From Vicugna vicugna (taxonomy: Eukaryota), in contig MU058844.1 in assembly GCA_013265495.1 (NCBI GenBank), forward strand, positions 8,121,260 to 8,185,259: DNA of 64,000 bases. Direction: 5' to 3'. The notes beneath the pieces are model-generated. The model did not search any database and had not been told where the DNA came from. It saw only the letters and a list, made by a program, of their open reading frames with translations. The translations under genes were made by a program, and so were the position numbers. Shown here piece after piece: positions 63,470-64,000 of this stretch; position 1 is the first letter of the stretch, and each line of letters starts with the position of its first letter.

Positions 63470-64000
63470 CCAACCTCCCTAATCCCACTAAAACTCTCTC
63501 CTCTACTATTCCATAAAACTGTATTCCTCTTTCTATTCTCAGAAGTTCATTTTCTCTTTTCTTCTGTTTCCACTTCCCACTTGAAACCAGAAAACTTTAA
63601 ACTGTATTGTTTTCTCCAAATTACCACCCAAAAGAATTCAACTGTCTTGTCTTATCTTGTCAATGTCCAATATTTGTTCCACCAAAAAAATCTCTTTCCT
63701 ATTTTCAATTGTTCTGCTCAGTGTATCCATCTGGAAGTCATGATGTCATGTGGGTCACTCAACTCAACATACCCAAATTTAACATCTTTTTAACTGTATT
63801 TCTTACATTTGCTAATGGTACCCAGTCTTCCCAGACACTCTGGACCAAAACATTGGGGCCATCTTTGATGCCCTCTGATATTCTAACCTGCATCAAGTCC
63901 TGTTGATAAAAAATACTTTTACAGTACTTCACACTTCTTGTCATTCTCCATACATTCCAGCTTCTATTAACATTCAGGCTCTCATGGCTACAAACCAGGA
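63470..64000 (+). mobile_element. L2 body relic
   Basis: CACTCAACTCAACATACCCAAA...AATGGTACCCAGTCTTCCCAG...CATCTTTGA...CATCAAGTCCTGTTGA. Confidence 0.6.

Noticed and set aside
1..64000. Other TMTC2 exons, snRNA/snoRNA genes, NUMTs, viral ORFs or a multi-gene novel system
   Set aside because: None recognised by eye; short or diverged elements could be missed without Rfam/BLAST searches.

Overview
Mammalian (camelid-type) genomic DNA lying inside the TMTC2 gene on the minus strand. The only supportable protein-coding sequence is one 571-bp internal exon (15260-14690, AG/GT bounded, matching TMTC2 exon 2 as I recall it). Positions above 15260 are the upstream intron and positions below 14690 the downstream intron. 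The rest is AT-rich intron filled with interspersed repeats: eight tRNA-Ala-derived Vic-1-type SINEs (the camelid marker), 5'-truncated L1s, ERV1/ERVK-like/MaLR solo LTRs, MIR/L2/L3 relics, hAT MITEs and microsatellites. All other listed ORFs look spurious or are L1 ORF2 remnants. I find no evidence for a new multi-gene system. The most interesting unexplained structures are: (1) a CpG-rich ~290-bp LTR-like cassette in gene-sense orientation 3.3 kb upstream of the exon, with two NRF1 motifs, TATA, YY1 and AATAAA; (2) a ~350-bp imperfect palindrome at 47888-48235; (3) three retroelements stacked at one repeatedly duplicated target site (2234-2737); (4) a probable retroposed mosaic RNA inside an L1 (43075-43419); (5) inverted repeats that could circularise the exon or form long dsRNA. 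Repeat family names come from visual recognition and are provisional; repeat boundaries are approximate unless a target-site duplication (TSD) is given.
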